In this document: positions 30,823 to 42,895 of the stretch, in pieces
Position numbering within the stretch: the stretch's first letter is position 1
Layout of the letters: each line of letters begins with the position of its first letter
Assembly: GCA_964016885.1 (NCBI GenBank)
Contig: OZ024748.1
Coordinates: 27,404,001-27,468,000 of the forward strand
From: Eledone cirrhosa
Taxonomy: Eukaryota
Length of the DNA stretch: 64,000 nucleotides
Direction of reading: 5' to 3'
Translations under genes and position numbers: made by a program
Notes under the pieces: generated by a model
What the model was told of the DNA's origin: nothing
The model's input: only the letters and a program-made list of their open reading frames with translations
Database searches by the model: none

Positions 30823-31369
30823 TACACATAATATAATAGGATATAAATATATATATATAGAGAGAGAGAGAGAGGGGGTGCCACTGTAGAGTGGATCTTC
30901 TCCCACGACTTTTAACAGTACAAACCATCCACCCCGTCCCACCCCGTCGCACCCCGCCCCACCCCGCCCCACCCCGTACCACCCGTCCCATACCATTCCG
31001 CCGTATTTCGTCCCAATCCGTCTTAAACCGTGCCTGTCTCTTCCAATCCGACACAACACAAAACAACTGAGAAACACCACCACCACCACTACCACCACCA
31101 CCACCACTACCACCACCACCACCACTACCACCACCACCACTACGACAACCACCACCACTACCACCACCACCACCACCACCACCACTACCACCACCACCAC
31201 TACCACCACCACCACTACCACCACCACCACCATCTCAAGTACACACTCCACCTCCTTCACCCTACTCCCCCCTTCCTAACTTCTCATTCCGTTTACACAC
31301 ATATATTTATATATAAATATATACAAATAAATGTTAAATACATAACTAAACACACACATGTATATATAT

Positions 31370-32114
31370 GTGTGTGTGTATAAATATATACATATGTATA
31401 CACACATATATGTGTGTATGTATGTACACTTTAAATACACATATATATATATATATGTGTGTGTGCGTGTGTATAAATATATACATATGTATACACACAT
31501 ATATGTGTGTATGTATGTACACTTTAAATACACATATATATATATATATGTGTGTGTGCGTGTGTATAAATATATACATATGTATACACACATATATGTG
31601 TGTATGTATGTACACTTTAAATACACACATATATATATATATGTGTGTGTGCGTGTGTATAAATATATACATATGTATACACACATATATGTGTGTATGT
31701 ATGTACACTTTAAATACACATATATATATATATATGTGTGTGTGCGTGTGTATAAATATATACATATGTATACACACATATATGTGTGTATGTATGTACA
31801 CTTTAAATACACACATATATATATATATGTGTGTGTGCGTGTGTATAAATATATACATATGTATACACACATATATGTGTGTATGTATGTACACTTTAAA
31901 TACACATATATATATATATATGTGTGTGTGCGTGTGTATAAATATATACATATGTATACACACATATATGTGTGTATGTATGTACACTTTAAATACACAC
32001 ATATATATATATATGTGTGTGTGCGTGTGTATAAATATATACATATGTATACACACATATATGTGTGTATGTATGTACACTTTAAATACACATATATATA
32101 TATGTGTGTGTGTG

Positions 32115-32167
<53 letters not shown>

Positions 32168-32257
32168 ATATGTGTGTGTGTGTGTATAAATATATACATA
32201 TGTATACACACATATATGTGTGTATGTATGTACACTTTAAATACACATATATATATA

Positions 32258-32300
<43 letters not shown>

Positions 32301-32406
32301 ATATGTGTGTGTGTATAAATATATACATATGTATACACACATATATGTGTCTATGTATGCACACTTTAAATACGCACATATATATATGTGTGTGTGTGTG
32401 TGTGTA

Positions 32407-32446
<40 letters not shown>

Positions 32447-32447
32447 T

Positions 32448-32478
<31 letters not shown>

Positions 32479-32550
32479 TATATGTGTGTGTGTATAAATA
32501 TATGCATATGTATACACACATATATGTGTGTATGTATGCACACTTTAAAT

Positions 32551-32560
<10 letters not shown>
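31370..32560. repeat. 93-bp minisatellite
   Basis: CACTTTAAA marker at 31427, 31520, 31613, 31706, 31799 etc.; about 8 regular copies, then degenerate. Confidence 0.9.
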
Positions 32561-32609
<49 letters not shown>

Positions 32610-32939
32610 TATGTATGGATGTGTGTATACCAACACATGCACATATACTGTTACCCCCCCCCCCCCCCCCGTACCATACTTTTGATTGCCCTGTACAGGC
32701 CGTTTTACTTTTGGTTATTGCCACAACTATGAATCATAAATATCTTCACTACCACCACCACCACCGCCAGCTATAATAACTGTCGCCGCCACCACCATAT
32801 ACCGCTACAACAACCACCACTACTATATACCACCACTGCTACATACCACTACCATTGTCATTACCACCACCACCACCAATAACAACAACAACAACAAATA
32901 ACAACACCGGCACAAACCACCATCAGTACCACTAATACC

Positions 32940-33300
32940 ACCAACGCCAACACCATCATTAAGGCGACCACTACCATCCCCAACGCCAACACCGTCATTA
33001 AGGCCACCACTACCATCCCCAACGCCAACACCATCATTAAGACCACCACCCCAACGCCAACACCATCATTAAGGCCACCACTACCATCCCCAACGCCAAC
33101 ACCATCATTAAGGCGACCACTACCATCCCCAACGCCAACACCGTCATTAAGGCGACCACTACCATCCCCAACGCCAACACCGTCATTAAGGCGACCACTA
33201 CCATCCCCAACGCCAACACCGTCATTAAGGCCACCACTACCATCCCCAACGCCAACACCACCATTAAGGCCACCACTACCATCCCCAACGCCAACAACAA
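32940..33300. repeat. 39-bp minisatellite CAACGCCAACACCRTCATTAAGGCSACCACTACCATCCC
   Basis: About 9 copies. Confidence 0.9.
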
Positions 33301-33427
33301 CATCACTAAAGCCACCATCGCCACCACCACTAACATTACAACAAACACCATCCCAATCCATAACAATACTCTTCCTACCACTATAAGCATCCCCTACCTC
33401 ACCCTACTACTACTACTACCACTACTA

Positions 33428-33469
<42 letters not shown>

Positions 33470-34712
33470 AACTACTAAACTACTACATCGCAACCCCCCC
33501 CCCCCCCCCGTCGACTAACCAGTTAGAAATCCACCACTAAATCCATCACATTACTACTACACACAAGTAGCAGTATTAGTAGTAGTAGTAGTAGCAGTAG
33601 TAGTAGTTTGTACCATTCATCAAATCCACCGAATTGAGTAAACTATCAAATCCACGACTACGACCACCACCACCACCACCACCACCACCACTACTACTAC
33701 CCACAGCAATAGCACCCATCACCGCCACCACAACCACCACGACCACACCACCACCACAACTACTACCACCACCACCACCACCACCACCACCACCACCACC
33801 ACCACCATAACTACCACAACCACCACAACTACCACCACAACACCACAACCACCACCACCACACCACCACACACGACTAGCACCACCACCACAACTACCAC
33901 CAACACAACAACCACTACAACCACCACCACCACAACCACCACCACCACACACGACTACCACCACCACCACAACTACCACCACCATAACCACCACTACAAC
34001 CACCAACACCACAACTACCACGACCACAACCACCACTACAACCACCAACACCACAACTACCACCACCACAACCACCACTACAACCACCACCACCACCACC
34101 ACAACTACCACCACCACAACCACCACTACAACCACCACCACCACCAAAACTACCACCACCACAGCCACCACTACAACCACCACCACCACCACAACTACCA
34201 CCACCACAACCACCACTACAACCACCACCACCACCACCACCTCCACCACCACTACTACTACTAACCACAGCAACAGCACCCACCACCACAACCACCACCA
34301 CCTCCACCAGTCAATCATAAAGGGGGCGTGGTTACATGTTACAACCAATCCACGTATTTTCCTGGATCCCGCTTTTTCATACTAAATGGATCCCTCCTAC
34401 AGTCTACCTATCTCCCTCCCTTCCTCCCTACCTGCCTACATACATACCTACCTACCTATCTATCTACCTACCTACCTATCTACCTACCTACATACATACC
34501 TACATACATACATACATACATACATACATACATACATACATACATACATACATACATACATACCTATCTACCTACATACATACATACATACATACATACA
34601 TACATACATACATACATACATACATACATACATACATACATACCTATCTACCTACATACATACATACATACATACATACATACATACATACATACATACA
34701 TACATACCTACA

Positions 34713-35315
34713 TGCCACCTCGTCATCGAGTATGGCCATTGCACGATATAACATTATTAATAATTATTAATTAATTCAATCGTGCAATGCCTGTGCGTGA
34801 AGATATTTTTTAAAGTGAGGAAAGACTGTGCACTGAGCCAATCCCAGTCTCTGAGCGACAGTAGCTATAACCCCAAAAGAAGAAAAGATCAACATCAGGT
34901 TTTATATCGGAGTTATCCCAGTTTCCTGAGTTGCCTTCTCCTAGAAGAATGCCCTGACAAAGACTAGGGGTCCTTCCCTCCCAGTGGTTTAACCGCGGGA
35001 TCGGGTGTCCAGCCCGACTATTTCTATGTCCCCGCGTATATACATACACATGCACCCATGTATATACACATATACATATACATACATATGTACATGTGCA
35101 TATACATATTTACACACTTTCGGATGGCCGTTGACTCTTATGAGTTCTTCCGCCCTTTGTCAGGTTTTGTTTTTTGTCCTGCAGGGTGTCCAAAGTCACC
35201 CTCTTCACCAAGTAAACTTGGTGGGGTTGCCGGTTTAGTCGCCGACGACGACCCGACCATGCGACAGTTTGTACTGGGTTACATGTTACCAGTAGCACTC
35301 AAGAGTGACCCGGCA
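34713..35315 (-). mobile_element. Non-autonomous RTE-derived retroelement with (TATG)n tail
   Basis: RTE-type CTAGGAGAAGG motif on minus strand; 5' head shared with 38133-39106; tail merges with (TACA)n. Confidence 0.65.
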
Positions 35316-35360
35316 CATACATACATACATACATACATACATACATACATACATACATAC

Positions 35361-35673
35361 ATGGTGGTGGCTGCCAACTCGTTTTCGAGTACGGCCACTA
35401 CTTTATATCCATGTAGGAGAACCCCTACTGATGCGCTAAACGAGTGTGACTTTTCAGTCCAGCCAGCGACTTGAAAACTCGGGTACAAACACTACACCTG
35501 TGACAATTATTGACACATAGTGCTGGGCCCTTGGTACCATGTCACGACAAGTGCAGAGAGATCTCCAGATATAAAGCAATGCCTGTGCCGTGAAGCTTTT
35601 ATAGTGAGCAAAGGCGCTGCACAAAGCCAGTCCCACTCTCTTAACCAAGATGATATTTACCAAAAAGAAGAAC
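35361..35673 (-). mobile_element. RTE-derived element, 3' part
   Basis: Near-identical to 42358-42771 and 49044-49464; retains the C-terminal C2H2-like remnant (family consensus [22 protein letters not shown]). Confidence 0.75.
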
Positions 35674-35754
35674 ATATATACATACATACATATATACATA
35701 CATACATATATACATACATACATATATACATACATACATACATACATACATACA

Positions 35755-35786
<32 letters not shown>

Positions 35787-35846
35787 CATATACATACATA
35801 CATATACACATATATATATACATACATACATGTACATATACATACA

Positions 35847-35878
<32 letters not shown>

Positions 35879-35927
35879 CATATACATACATATATATATA
35901 CATACATATATATATACACATATATAC

Positions 35928-35961
<34 letters not shown>

Positions 35962-35967
35962 ATATAT

Positions 35968-36132
35968 GGTGGCTGCCAACTCGTTTTCGAGTACGGCCAC
36001 TACTTTATATCCATGTAGGAAAACCCCTACCAATGCGCTGAACGAGTGTGACTTTTTAGTCCAGCCAGTGACTTGAAAACTCTGGTACAAACACTACACT
36101 TGTGACAATTATTGGCACATAGTACTGGGCCC
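35968..36132 (-). mobile_element. RTE-derived element, short 3' fragment
   Basis: Same family; ORF 36027-36218 ends [23 protein letters not shown]. Confidence 0.75.
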
Positions 36133-36330
36133 ATACATACATACATACATACATACATACATACATACATACATACATACATACATACATACATACATAC
36201 ATACATACATACATACATACATACCGGTACAGTTAATACCTAACTCTCTACACCCCACCCACACACCCCTCAACATACTTTCTTACCTCCCTTACAAACA
36301 CTACCTACCGACCATTATAATCACTATATA

Positions 36331-36515
36331 AGGGCGGTGGATTAGCAGTATCGGTAGAGGGTCGGACGCCATGCTTTCCAGCATAGTTACGTCCCTTTAC
36401 GATCTGAGTTCAAATCCCGCCGAGGTTGACTTTGCCTTTCATCCTTACGGGGTCGATAAAATAAAGTACCAGTAATGCACTGGGTAATTGCTGGCCTTGT
36501 GCCTAAAGTAGAAAC
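36331..36515 (+). mobile_element. tRNA-type SINE
   Basis: GGGCGGTGGATTAGCAGTATCGG...GAGTTCAAATCCCGCCGAGGTTGACTTTGCC; homologous to 30606-30822. Confidence 0.85.
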
Positions 36516-36707
36516 AATTATAATCACTATATACGTATATCACCTCTCTATCTCTCTCTCTATATATATATAGAGAGAGAGAGAGGGGAGAAAGAGAGAG
36601 AGGGGAAAGTTGAATGATAGATATATACACACACGTATACATACACCCACATGCATATATACGCATGTAATATGCATACATATATCTGTATACACGCACA
36701 CACACAC

Positions 36708-36764
<57 letters not shown>

Positions 36765-36765
<1 letters not shown>

Positions 36766-36878
36766 CGAAGGAAAAGTGGTAAGGAACCAGGTGGACCATA
36801 ACGCACCAAAGTACTCAATACTCGTACAGAATTAGCCGTCGAAACGGCTTGAGCTCAGCCGTCGGGGTCTTACTTACT

Positions 36879-36880
<2 letters not shown>
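36765..36880. mobile_element. Family A fold-back element (copy 2)
   Basis: Truncated tail arm plus short arm ending TCC|TA. Confidence 0.85.
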
Positions 36881-36950
<70 letters not shown>

Positions 36951-36953
<3 letters not shown>

Positions 36954-37151
36954 AAGGAAATGTGGTAAGGAACCAGGTGGACCATAACGCACCAAAGTAC
37001 TCAATACTTAGGGTAGTAGAGTGGGTAATAGGAACGAGTAGGACCCCGACGGCTGAACTCAAGCCGTTTCGATGGCTAATTCTGGACGCATTAGCCGTCC
37101 AGAATTAGCCGTCGAAACGGCTTGAGCTCAGCCGTCGGGGTCCTACTCGTT

Positions 37152-37153
<2 letters not shown>
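36951..37153. mobile_element. Family A fold-back element (copy 3)
   Basis: Long arm (-) 36951-37087, short arm (+) 37098-37153, in (TA)n. Confidence 0.9.
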
Positions 37154-37230
<77 letters not shown>

Positions 37231-37315
37231 AAAAGGTAAACAGAAATGACAACACACTCGGTACAGTATATGGAAGGAATATATTAGGTTAACGCTTGAA
37301 ATAACAGAAAGAGGG

Positions 37316-37351
37316 TCTTAACGTTTCGGACGCTAGTCCTTCATCAGAAGA
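37316..37351 (-). ncRNA. Minimal type I hammerhead ribozyme (Penelope pLTR type)
   Basis: TCTT-CTGATGA-A-GGAC/TAGC/GTCC-GAAACGT-T-AAGA; palindromic loopless stem III (ACGT); 3' end of same element family recurs at about 42247-42282. Confidence 0.8.
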
Positions 37352-37552
37352 AAGAATGAGAAATAAGATATATTGAGGGGACGGGCGGGTTGAAATATAT
37401 ATATTTATATATTTATGTGTGTGTGTAACGAGATGAGACATCATAGTTTGTGGCCGGGTGCTTCACAGGCTTTCGAATCTCATGCCAGGAGGGAACAGAC
37501 ATAACGTGCAAGAAGTGGTCAAGCTTTGTATGGAGCAGACTATATTCATTTT

Positions 37553-37766
37553 CGGTGGAGTGGCACTATCGATAGAGCGTCAGACACTATGCTTTGCGGT
37601 ATAGAGTTATGGCCCTTTATGTTCTGAGTTCAAATCCGCCGAGGTTAGCTTTGCCCCCCCCCCCCCTACGGTGCCGATAAAATAAAGTACCAGTAATGTA
37701 CTGTGGCCGATTTAATTGACTCCCCGCCCCCACCAACTTGCTGGCCTTCCTTGTGCCTATAATAGA
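37553..37766 (+). mobile_element. tRNA-type SINE (decayed)
   Basis: Homologous to 36331-36515. Confidence 0.8.
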
Positions 37767-37867
37767 TATTATTTTATTAGCCTTAATAAAATGAATATTA
37801 AAACTTTACTTCGCTATTGAAGTACTCTTTTCTCTCAACCGTCACACGGATATATATCTATATATCG

Positions 37868-37918
<51 letters not shown>

Positions 37919-37920
<2 letters not shown>

Positions 37921-38087
37921 CGGGGGAAATGTGGTAAGGAACCAGGTGGACCATAACGCACCAAAGTACTCAATACTTAGGGTAGTAGAGTAGGTGATAG
38001 GAAGGTTTCGACGGCTAATTTTGGACTATTTAGTCCAGAATTAGCCGTCGAAACGGCTTGAGCTCAGCCGTCGGGGTCCTACTCGTT

Positions 38088-38089
<2 letters not shown>
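37919..38089. mobile_element. Family A fold-back element (copy 4)
   Basis: Longest junction: GACGGCTAATTTTGGACTA-TT-TAGTCCAGAATTAGCCGTC. Confidence 0.9.
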
Positions 38090-38132
<43 letters not shown>

Positions 38133-38134
<2 letters not shown>

Positions 38135-39106
38135 TGGTTGTCCATCGTAAACGATGATGACATCTTCTTTATTGTTGTTCCCGTCTGCCGTGGGCACGAA
38201 GGTGGCTGCGGAGGCCGATCCTTGACTTGCAGGTCCGGGGACAGTCGAGGCAGGAGAAGAGGCCGGAGTCAGTCCGGCAACTCCCAGAGGTTACCTCCAC
38301 CTCTCGCCCATCGCCGCAGGGCTTTGGGAATGCACGCTAAAGAAGAAACCTGTGCGGGAAAGGTTTATAGTGGGAGGGCCAGTGCACAGTGACGGCCCCA
38401 CTCGCTCGGCCGCAGAAGCCAGAATCGGGTGGTACGGAGGACCGTCACGACCAGAGACTTCCTTGACTGCAGTGGATGGCCACGACATCTGTAGTGCCTT
38501 GCCGTGCCCTAGCGCTCCACAGCGCTTGCTGTCGCCGCCTTCGTGACCGTTGGGACGATGTTGTCCTCCTCCATTCTCTCCGCCGGGTCCAGTCTTCGCA
38601 TGCAGGGCCAGGCATCCCCTATCCAACTCACCGGGGGGGGGGGGGGTTCAGACCCGTCCGGCTACCCTCAACCTGGTTCGGCCGGCCAGCCAAGGCGGTT
38701 TACAGGGGTGTGGCCGCTGTCGCATGCTACAGCTTCTTAGGACCACAGGTGAGAGCTGAGTGTCAGGTGGGGCCCAATGCAGGACGAGCTGTCCTGAAAA
38801 GTACATGGCTAGCCCTCCCTACAGAGGTACATGTCCCTCCCTGACACCCCAGGCATATACGCACGCATATACATACACATACATATGTACATGTATATAT
38901 ACATATTTACACATTTTTGGATGGCCGTTGACTCTTATCAGTTCTTCCACCCTCTGTCAGGTTTTGTTTTTTGTCCTACAGGGTGTCCAAAATCACCCTC
39001 CTCACCAAGTAAACTTGGTGGGGTTGCCAGTTTAGTCGCCGACGACCCGACCATGCGACAGGTTGTACTGGGTTATATGTTACCAATAGCACTCAAGAGT
39101 GACCCT
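38133..39106 (-). mobile_element. Non-autonomous RTE-derived retroelement (~970 bp)
   Basis: Minus strand encodes LFSCLDCPRTCKSRIGLRSHLRAHGRREQQ* (RTE ORF2 C-terminal zinc-finger remnant), short 3' UTR then (TA)n; no recognisable RT; 5' head shared with 34713-35315. Confidence 0.8.
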
Positions 39107-39128
39107 ACACATACATATATATATATAT

Positions 39129-39312
39129 GAAAAAGTATGACCCCGACAGCAGAGCTCAAGCCGTTTCGACGGCTATTTCCAGAAATAGCCGTCGAAACGG
39201 CTTGAGCTCTGCCGTCGGGGTCATACTTTTTCCTATTTCCCACTCTACTACCCTAAGTATTGAGTACTCTGGTGCGTTATGGTCCATCTGGTTCCTTACC
39301 ACAACTCCTTTG

Positions 39313-39314
<2 letters not shown>
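39129..39314. mobile_element. Family A fold-back element (copy 5)
   Basis: Short arm (-) then long arm (+), in (TA)n. Confidence 0.9.
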
Positions 39315-39380
<66 letters not shown>

Positions 39381-39382
<2 letters not shown>

Positions 39383-39476
39383 GTTTCTACTTTTGGCACA
39401 AGGCCAGCAATTACCCCAGTGCATTACTGGTACTTTATTTTATCGACCTCGTAAGGATGAAAGGCAAAGTTAACCT
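39381..39476 (-). mobile_element. SINE 3' fragment
   Basis: Reverse complement of about 36425-36517. Confidence 0.8.
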
Positions 39477-39706
39477 ATATATAATGATGATAATAAATGT
39501 ATTCATAGAAAGAATTAACTTGAGATTGAACTTTAGACAATCTTGAGTTGATTCTTTCTATGTGTGAGTACATTTGTTATTATCATTAGATATGTGTGTG
39601 TGTGTGTGTGTGTGTATGTGAGAGTGTGTGTATGTGACGGTTTAACTCTCTTCTAAGCGTGAAACTAATTAATGCATCTTCTTGTTTGTTAGTTTCTTAT
39701 TTTCTT

Positions 39707-39815
<109 letters not shown>

Positions 39816-39957
39816 GAGACGTATAGAGATTGTTTTAGCAAGAAGCTAACGGCATTCTATAACATATATGCGACTATAACGTCAAGATGGGAAAAGTAGT
39901 TAACGAAAGATTTAGGAAAAATAACTCAAACTCATCTCAATATATATATATATATAT

Positions 39958-40401
39958 AAGTAGAAGGGATATTTAATTTGTTGGAAATTCAACAAATATA
40001 AATGTTTATAACTGATTCTGAGCACCCGACAAATTTTCTGGAGTATAATATACAATGATATTAAATAAATGGAAACTATATTTATAAAACCATATTTATA
40101 CTATTATATATATTTCAAGGGTACCAAAAACTTTGGTACGCTTTTATCAGATAAAATACAAAGAGTGTTTTATGAATTTTGACATAACCAAGGAAACCAT
40201 ACCTAATCAGTTGCATTTTCCTTGGGTAGACTACCAAGGAAAATGCAACTGATTAGGTATGGTTTCCTTGGTTATGTCAAAATTCATAAAACACTCTTTG
40301 TATTTTATCTGATGAAAGCGTACCAAAGTTTTTGCTACCCTTGAAATATATATAATAGTATAAATATGGTTTTATAAATATAGTTTCCATTTATTTAATA
40401 T

Positions 40402-40409
<8 letters not shown>
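39958..40409. mobile_element. Fold-back element with hammerhead
   Basis: ~175-bp near-perfect arms (40051-40225 / 40234-40409) around GTAGACTA; left arm has ~90-nt tail. Confidence 0.85.
40305..40358 (+). ncRNA. Type I hammerhead ribozyme
   Basis: TTAT-CTGATGA-AAGCGTACCAAAG/TTTTTGCTACCCTT-GAAA-TATATA-TA-ATAG; the mirror arm restores the stem II pair (TTTGGTAC). Confidence 0.7.
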
Positions 40410-40458
<49 letters not shown>

Positions 40459-40467
40459 TATATATAT

Positions 40468-40652
40468 GAAAATGTATGACCCCGACGGCAGAGCTCAAGC
40501 CGTTTCGACGGCTATTTCTGGACTATAGCCGTCGAAACGGCTTGAGCTCTGCCGTCGGGGTCATATATTTTCCTATTACCCACTCTACTACCCTAAGTAT
40601 TGAGTACTCTGGTGCGTTATGGTCCATCTGGTTCCTTACCATAACTCCTTCG

Positions 40653-40654
<2 letters not shown>
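40468..40654. mobile_element. Family A fold-back element (copy 6)
   Basis: As copy 5. Confidence 0.9.
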
Positions 40655-40745
<91 letters not shown>

Positions 40746-40832
40746 GTCAATAGTCGGTTTCGACGGCGAATGGATAACTTGACTTGCAACTCCCAATGTA
40801 TATATATATATATTAATATATATATATATATA

Positions 40833-40870
<38 letters not shown>

Positions 40871-40961
40871 CAACTCGGAAGTGTTTTTCGTTCATTCCTG
40901 AGCTGAAATTCGATTCTCGCTAATTTATATTTGTATATATATATATATATATATATATATA

Positions 40962-41330
40962 ATGTAGGAGGTGAGTTTTATTGTAGTACAATAAAGCAAT
41001 GCAGATATCGGATAAGAAGCACTCTACAGTTTGTAGGACTGGAGTATGCATAATATAAGATCAAAAGATGGTTAAAGGAGTTCCATGTATTTTATTATGC
41101 GCATTTCAAAAACAAACATCATCATGCAATAATATTTGTGTTTTCATCATCTCCTGTATTTTATTATGCGCATTTCAAAAACAAACATCATCATGCAATA
41201 ATATTTGTGTTTTCATCATCTCCTGTTTTATCTGATGAAAACATAAATATTATTGCATGATGATGTTTGTTTTTGAAATGCGCATAATAAAATACATGGA
41301 ACTCCTTTAACCATCTTTTGATCTTATATA
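40962..41330. mobile_element. Fold-back element with hammerhead
   Basis: Left long arm with tail and a tandem ~70-bp duplication of the ribozyme segment; right short arm ends GATCTTA|TA. Confidence 0.85.
41224..41294 (+). ncRNA. Type I hammerhead ribozyme
   Basis: TGTTTTAT-CTGATGA-[long stem II AAACATAAATATTATTGCATGATGATGTTTGTTTTT]-GAAA-TGCGCA-TA-ATAAAATA; 8-bp stem I, palindromic stem III ATGCGCAT. Confidence 0.85.
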
Positions 41331-41340
41331 TATATATTTC

Positions 41341-41855
41341 CAGAGATCCATAAACTTTACAGACATCGACCCCACATGGAATCCTTGACTGCTCCACATA
41401 AGTGACGCCATGATTGTACAAAAAATAAATACATGAATATATAAATTAGTAAACAATATAAAATAAAATAGACAAATATGTGTAAAGCTGGAATTTTCGA
41501 ACTTAGTAAGAGATCCCTTAGTTCAATGTTTAGAGCACCTAACCGGGATTTGAGAGAACACCGAGTTGGATTCTTCGTAGCGGTCGCTGGGTGTGTTTCT
41601 TTCATTTCCAGGTGTCTTTACCCAATTTCTATAGGCTATTTTATAGCAAATGACTGTAATTACAATTATTTTCTGTGTCTTAACTTTCTACATCTTATAA
41701 AATAGACAACACAAATTATATAGAAATGAGAATCATGTCTTTTATTATTTTATTTCCTAGGAAAATGTTAGATTTGGGCCCAACGTGTTCAATCGAGCCC
41801 CTGGGTAGTTTCATTGACTCCTGGGGCTCAATATCGACCACTTTCGGGACCCTTT
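41341..41855. mobile_element. Possible decayed hAT-type MITE
   Basis: Degenerate inverted ends CAGAGATCCATAAAC...ATCGACCCC and GGGGCTCAATATCGACCACTTTCGGGACCCTTT. Confidence 0.35.
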
Positions 41856-42215
41856 ATAGGTTCTTGTATACTTTGTCCTTTAAATTATTGTCCTGTCTCT
41901 AGTTATAGTGACTGAGTGTGAAATCGCCCACCACAAGTAACATCACTACCATAACACCATCAACACAACATCAACAACACCAACAGCAGCAACAATACAA
42001 CCATCAATGGCAGTAGCAACACCACCACGCCACCAACACCACCAGCAACAGCAAAAACACAGCCACCGATCCCAACAACACCACTTCACCATCAACACCG
42101 CCATAACAGCATCAATGGTAATGACACAGCCACCATCACCAATATTACTTCTCTTTTCTAGATCACTGCAAAAATCCATTCCGTCACGTGCAACGTTTTG
42201 TACGTGTGTGTACGT

Positions 42216-42251
<36 letters not shown>

Positions 42252-42280
42252 CGATTGTGTTGTTATTTCTGTTTACCTTT

Positions 42281-42327
<47 letters not shown>

Positions 42328-42357
42328 ATAAACGTATATATACATACATATGTATAT

Positions 42358-42771
42358 GGTGGCTGCCAACTCGTTTTCGAGTACGGCCACTACTTTATAT
42401 CCATGTAGGAGAACCCCTACTGATGCGCTGAACGAGTGTGACTTTTTAGTCCAGCCAGCGACTTGAAAGCTCTGGTACAAACACTACACTTGTGACAATT
42501 ATTGACACATAGTGCTGGGCCCATGGTACCATGTGACGACAAATGCAGAGAGATCTCCAGATATAAAGCAATGCCTGTGCCGTGAAGCTTTTATAGTGAG
42601 CAAAGGCACTGCACAAAGCCAGTCCCACTCTCTTAACCAAGATGATATTTACCAAAAAGAAGAACAAGTCAACATCATTGGATACCATCAGGGTTGCAGG
42701 TGTTATATCAGAGTTTTCCTTCTCCTAGAATTCTGCCTTGACAAAGGCTAAGGGGTCATCTCTCCCGGAAG
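42358..42771 (-). mobile_element. RTE-derived element
   Basis: Same family as 35361 and 49044. Confidence 0.75.
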
Positions 42772-42825
42772 ATATATGTATATATATATATATATACATA
42801 CATATACATACATATATATACATAC

Positions 42826-42892
<67 letters not shown>

Positions 42893-42895
<3 letters not shown>

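Noticed and set aside
35430-35510. Host C2H2 zinc-finger gene
   Set aside because: Single finger repeated in several copies ahead of (TATG)n tails; RTE ORF2 C-terminus.
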